This document shows, piece after piece, positions 60,734-64,000 of a DNA stretch of 64,000 nt. This stretch comes from Klebsormidium nitens (lineage: Eukaryota > Plantae > Klebsormidiophyceae), in assembly GCA_000708835.1 (NCBI GenBank), contig DF237000.1, positions 4,166 to 68,165 of the forward strand, in the 5' to 3' direction. Position 1 is the stretch's first letter; each line of letters starts with the position of its first letter. The notes beneath the pieces were generated by a model, which saw only the letters and a program-made list of their open reading frames with translations, did not search any database and was not told the origin of the DNA. Made by a program: the position numbers and the translations under genes.

Positions 60734-62697
60734 ATGGCGAAGCTTCAACTACGGTCTGGAGCTGTGCTGGCACTTCTGATCTTCGTTGCTGCACTAACAA
60801 ACGGTATCAATGCACAGCCGACGGGAACTGGTGGGTCGTCTCCTGTGCTCTTGCTTGACCTATTCCTATTTTCTGTGTGTCACGCTTGCTTAGATTCCTT
60901 CCCGGCTTTCGGCTTGCGTAAAGGAGTGTGGTCAGCAGAAAAAGCAGCGCCGCAACAGGTCTGTCAGATCACTTTTTCTGCGGTCGAGATCATGCAGGCC
61001 GTGCAAACCAAATGTCATAACCTTTCTCTGCTGAGTTGATAAGTGAACGAATTTCGACGCAAGCCTGATTGCGATTCGGAGAGGATCGAGATAGTACTAC
61101 TTCTAGGCAGGGGGATTGGTAAGAGGTGGTTCTTGATGTCGGAAAATGTGAGACTAGTCATGCTCTGCGTCTGGGACAGAGAAACTCTTATTAAGAAAGT
61201 GAGTGCTGAGTTTTGATGTGAAGCTTCTGACGTGCTTTCACCATCGCATTCACAAGGCTTGTTGCAACTCTCTTTTTTTCCTTTACCTTCCCCTTGAAGG
61301 CGTGAGCCGAATGATCGGTGCAAACGTACTCCACCCAAGCCAGAACAAATGCTTGATGAAGCCCTCGCTTCGGGTCAAGATCGTCCCCCGTCAGAGTCCG
61401 ACGATCTTCCTCGGCCCTTCGTTGAACCAGCACTAGTTGACGATTTAACCACTGTGACCGTCCTCTTGCAGGCTCTTTTCCAAATGGAACGCCGTCCTCG
61501 AATCAGCAACCGGCCGCAACGCACCCTCCGCAAGTCATAGTAACCGATCCTCCGAAGGAGACCGAGAAGCCAACCGAGAAACCCGCGGAAACCACCCCCC
61601 CTAACCCGACCGAAACCCCAAAGTCAACTGAGAAGCCAACGGAGAAACCTTCCGNNNNNNNNNNNNNNNNNNNNNNNNNNNNNNNNNNNNNNNNNNNNNN
61701 NNNNNNNNNNNNNNNNNNNNNNNNNNNNNNNNNNNNNNNNNNNNNNNNNNNNNNNNNNNNNNNNNNNNNNNNNNNNNNNNNNNNNNNNNNNNNNNNNNNN
61801 NNNNNNNNNNNNNNNNNNNNNNNNNNNNNNNNNNNNNNNNNNNNNNNNNNNNNNNNNNNNNNNNNNNNNNNNNNNNNNNNNNNNNNNNNNNNNNNNNNNN
61901 NNNNNNNNNNNNNNNNNNNNNNNNNNNNNNNNNNNNNNNNNNNNNNNNNNNNNNNNNNNNNNNNNNNNNNNNNNNNNNNNNNNNNNNNNNNNNNNNNNNN
62001 NNNNNNNNNNNNNNNNNNNNNNNNNNNNNNNNNNNNNNNNNNNNNNNNNNNNNNNNNNNNNNNNNNNNNNNNNNNNNNNNNNNNNNNNNNNNNNNNNNNN
62101 NNNNNNNNNNNNNNNNNNNNNNNNNNNNNNNNNNNNNNNNNNNNNNNNNNNNNNNNNNNNNNNNNNNNNNNNNNNNNNNNNNNNNNNNNNNNNNNNNNNN
62201 NNNNNNNNNNNNNNNNNNNNNNNNNNNNNNNNNNNNNNNNNNNNNNNNNNNNNNNNNNNNNNNNNNNNNNNNNNNNNNNNNNNNNNNNNNNNNNNNNNNN
62301 NNNNNNNNNNNNNNNNNNNNNNNNNNNNNNNNNNNNNNNNNNNNNNNNNNNNNNNNNNNNNNNNNNNNNNNNNNNNNNNNNNNNNNNNNNGACGCCCAAG
62401 CCCACCGAAGCCTCTCCTCAACCCCCGATGACGCACGCTCCGTCAACCGGGAGCCCGACCATCCCTACCGGGCCCCCAATGCGTACACTTCTCCCGGAGA
62501 CGTTCCCCCCGATATTCACTCGTCAACCGGAAACTTTTGCCCCGACTCCCACAGAAACTTCCCCTCCTCAACCGACTCCGACCCAGCCAACCGTGAAAAC
62601 GCCTAAGCCGACCCCTAACACCGAGTCCCCGCCCATTAACCCTGCTCAGCCGCCTCCGGCTCAGGCACGGCGACTGTCGCGGAAAGCCCTCATCTGA
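60734..62697 (+). CDS. Secreted Pro/Thr/Glu/Lys-rich (HRGP/mucin-like) protein, interrupted by an assembly gap
   Basis: The signal-peptide exon from 60734 (MAKLQLRSGAVLALLIFVAALTNGINAQ) ends in phase 1 at GT. An exon from 61472 reads SFPNGTP..ETEKPTEKPAETTPPNPTETPKSTEKPTEKPS up to the gap. After the gap it reads TPKPTEASP..AQARRLSRKALI to a stop at 62697. Small intervening exons are unresolved. Confidence 0.65.
61655..62390. other. Assembly gap (736 N)
   Basis: Run of n inside the TEKP-repeat coding region. Confidence 1.
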
Positions 62698-64000
62698 AAT
62701 AGTACATGATTGAGAAGGTTGCTCAAAGATCGCCGGTTCTTAACCCATTGTTTGCTCGATTGAGAGATTGAAAAGCAGTGGCTTCGTCTCCTCATCAGCT
62801 TATAGAACCGTACGAAAGAGTGTAAGATTGAAAGAATGGACTAAGCGGTTAAGTGTAGCGTCAAAGTGTAAAACAAGCTTAGCCACCTCCTAAATCCATA
62901 AAGTAATGCAGAAAATTTGATGTTGATTGATCTGAACCACTAATCAGAGGATAAGTTATCGATACAATCTTCCATCAATAATTTGTGACTCCGGATCACA
63001 GTCACATGGCCGGGCCCCGACCACCGCGTTTGAGAAACATCCGATCCACGGAGTAACTCTCGAAGTTGTAAGAGCAACGCCTGCATTGATTGTGTATTCT
63101 AACAGTAGGGATCATGGCAGATCTCTGTGGACTTTGCGCTTCGGCAGGCTGTACGAACAGGCAATTCAATGATCAAGTAGATTTATCGTGTCTAGTCCTA
63201 AATGACTGAGCCCGATCGGCCACACGTGACGTGATACTGTAGCCATGTATAATGATGCCAGAGGACCCAGTGACCGGCCGCTTGTACCATGGAGTGCGGT
63301 TGCCAGGGGCCCGCGCCCCGTTGGTGCCGCGGGCCTGCTAGCGCGCTGTACGGCTACGTTTTTACAGAATTTTGGCCCAGCTTGAAACCTTCATGCCAGA
63401 CATGCAAAACGTCTGATGCATGGAATGATCGAGGCAAGTTTACGTGTTGCAATTGTGCTCTTGTAATTTTGTTGACGTTATAAGAAGGTGCATGCACGAT
63501 TCAATATCTGTGTACACTAACTGATACAGTCTCTGCGACATAATGATTGAGGCTAGGGCAACCCAAATGCCGCTGGCAAGCCGGCCTGCGTGGTTGTGCG
63601 GTGCAACAAGAAGTAGGCTCAAAGTACAATGATCGAGCAGTGACTTACTAGTTAATGTGCTCTTATGATGCCAGGATTCCTTGCACGTGATTCGGACCCA
63701 CAGCTTTCTCAGTCTGGCAACCGACTTGCAGCTCGCCGATATGGGGCCAGCCTGGCGGCAGCGCGCCCGGTAATATGCAGTGCAAGTGGAGCCGCACGTC
63801 GCCATACCGCAGTGTGTACGTCGGCATTTTTATATGAGATTTTATATCGAGCTGGCGCAACACGCGCGCAGAGCTTGAAAGAGGAAGGTTAGTCATGCAG
63901 GCGAAAGAGAACGACGGCCCGGTTCACCTAGCAAGCTTTGAACAGGTAAAGCTCTTCTAGGCACTCCTTTGGCATTCCACGTTGTCTCTCCTGCGTAATG

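Noticed and set aside
61503-62446. Long minus-strand ORFs of 270-300 aa
   Set aside because: Artefacts of translating through the N gap.

Overview
Intron-rich eukaryotic nuclear DNA. The mix of plant-type LRRs, an alliinase/TAA-family enzyme and a motile-cilium gene points to a streptophyte alga, most likely Klebsormidium (inference). I hand-spliced ten genes from GT-AG junctions. Reading phase is consistent across the junctions, but the last gene cannot be checked across an assembly gap. In order: SNM1/PSO2-type DNA cross-link repair nuclease (+); kinetochore SPC25 (-), head-to-head with a CSM1/TITAN9-like monopolin gene (+); an intronless 1275-aa LRR protein with a multi-pass XK-like tail instead of a kinase (-); FAM183/CFAP144 (-); a hypothetical gene (+); a SirB1/transglutaminase-like gene (+); meiotic-type kleisin REC8/SYN1 (+); an alliinase/TAR-like PLP enzyme (+); and a secreted Pro/Thr-rich protein broken by a 736-N gap (+). 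Two signals stand out. (1) The LRR plus XK-scramblase-like receptor architecture. (2) Tandem 'echo' copies of exon-intron junctions inside introns of three genes, including one copy that differs from the live exon only at synonymous sites. All protein-family calls are from motif recognition by eye; no database search was run.
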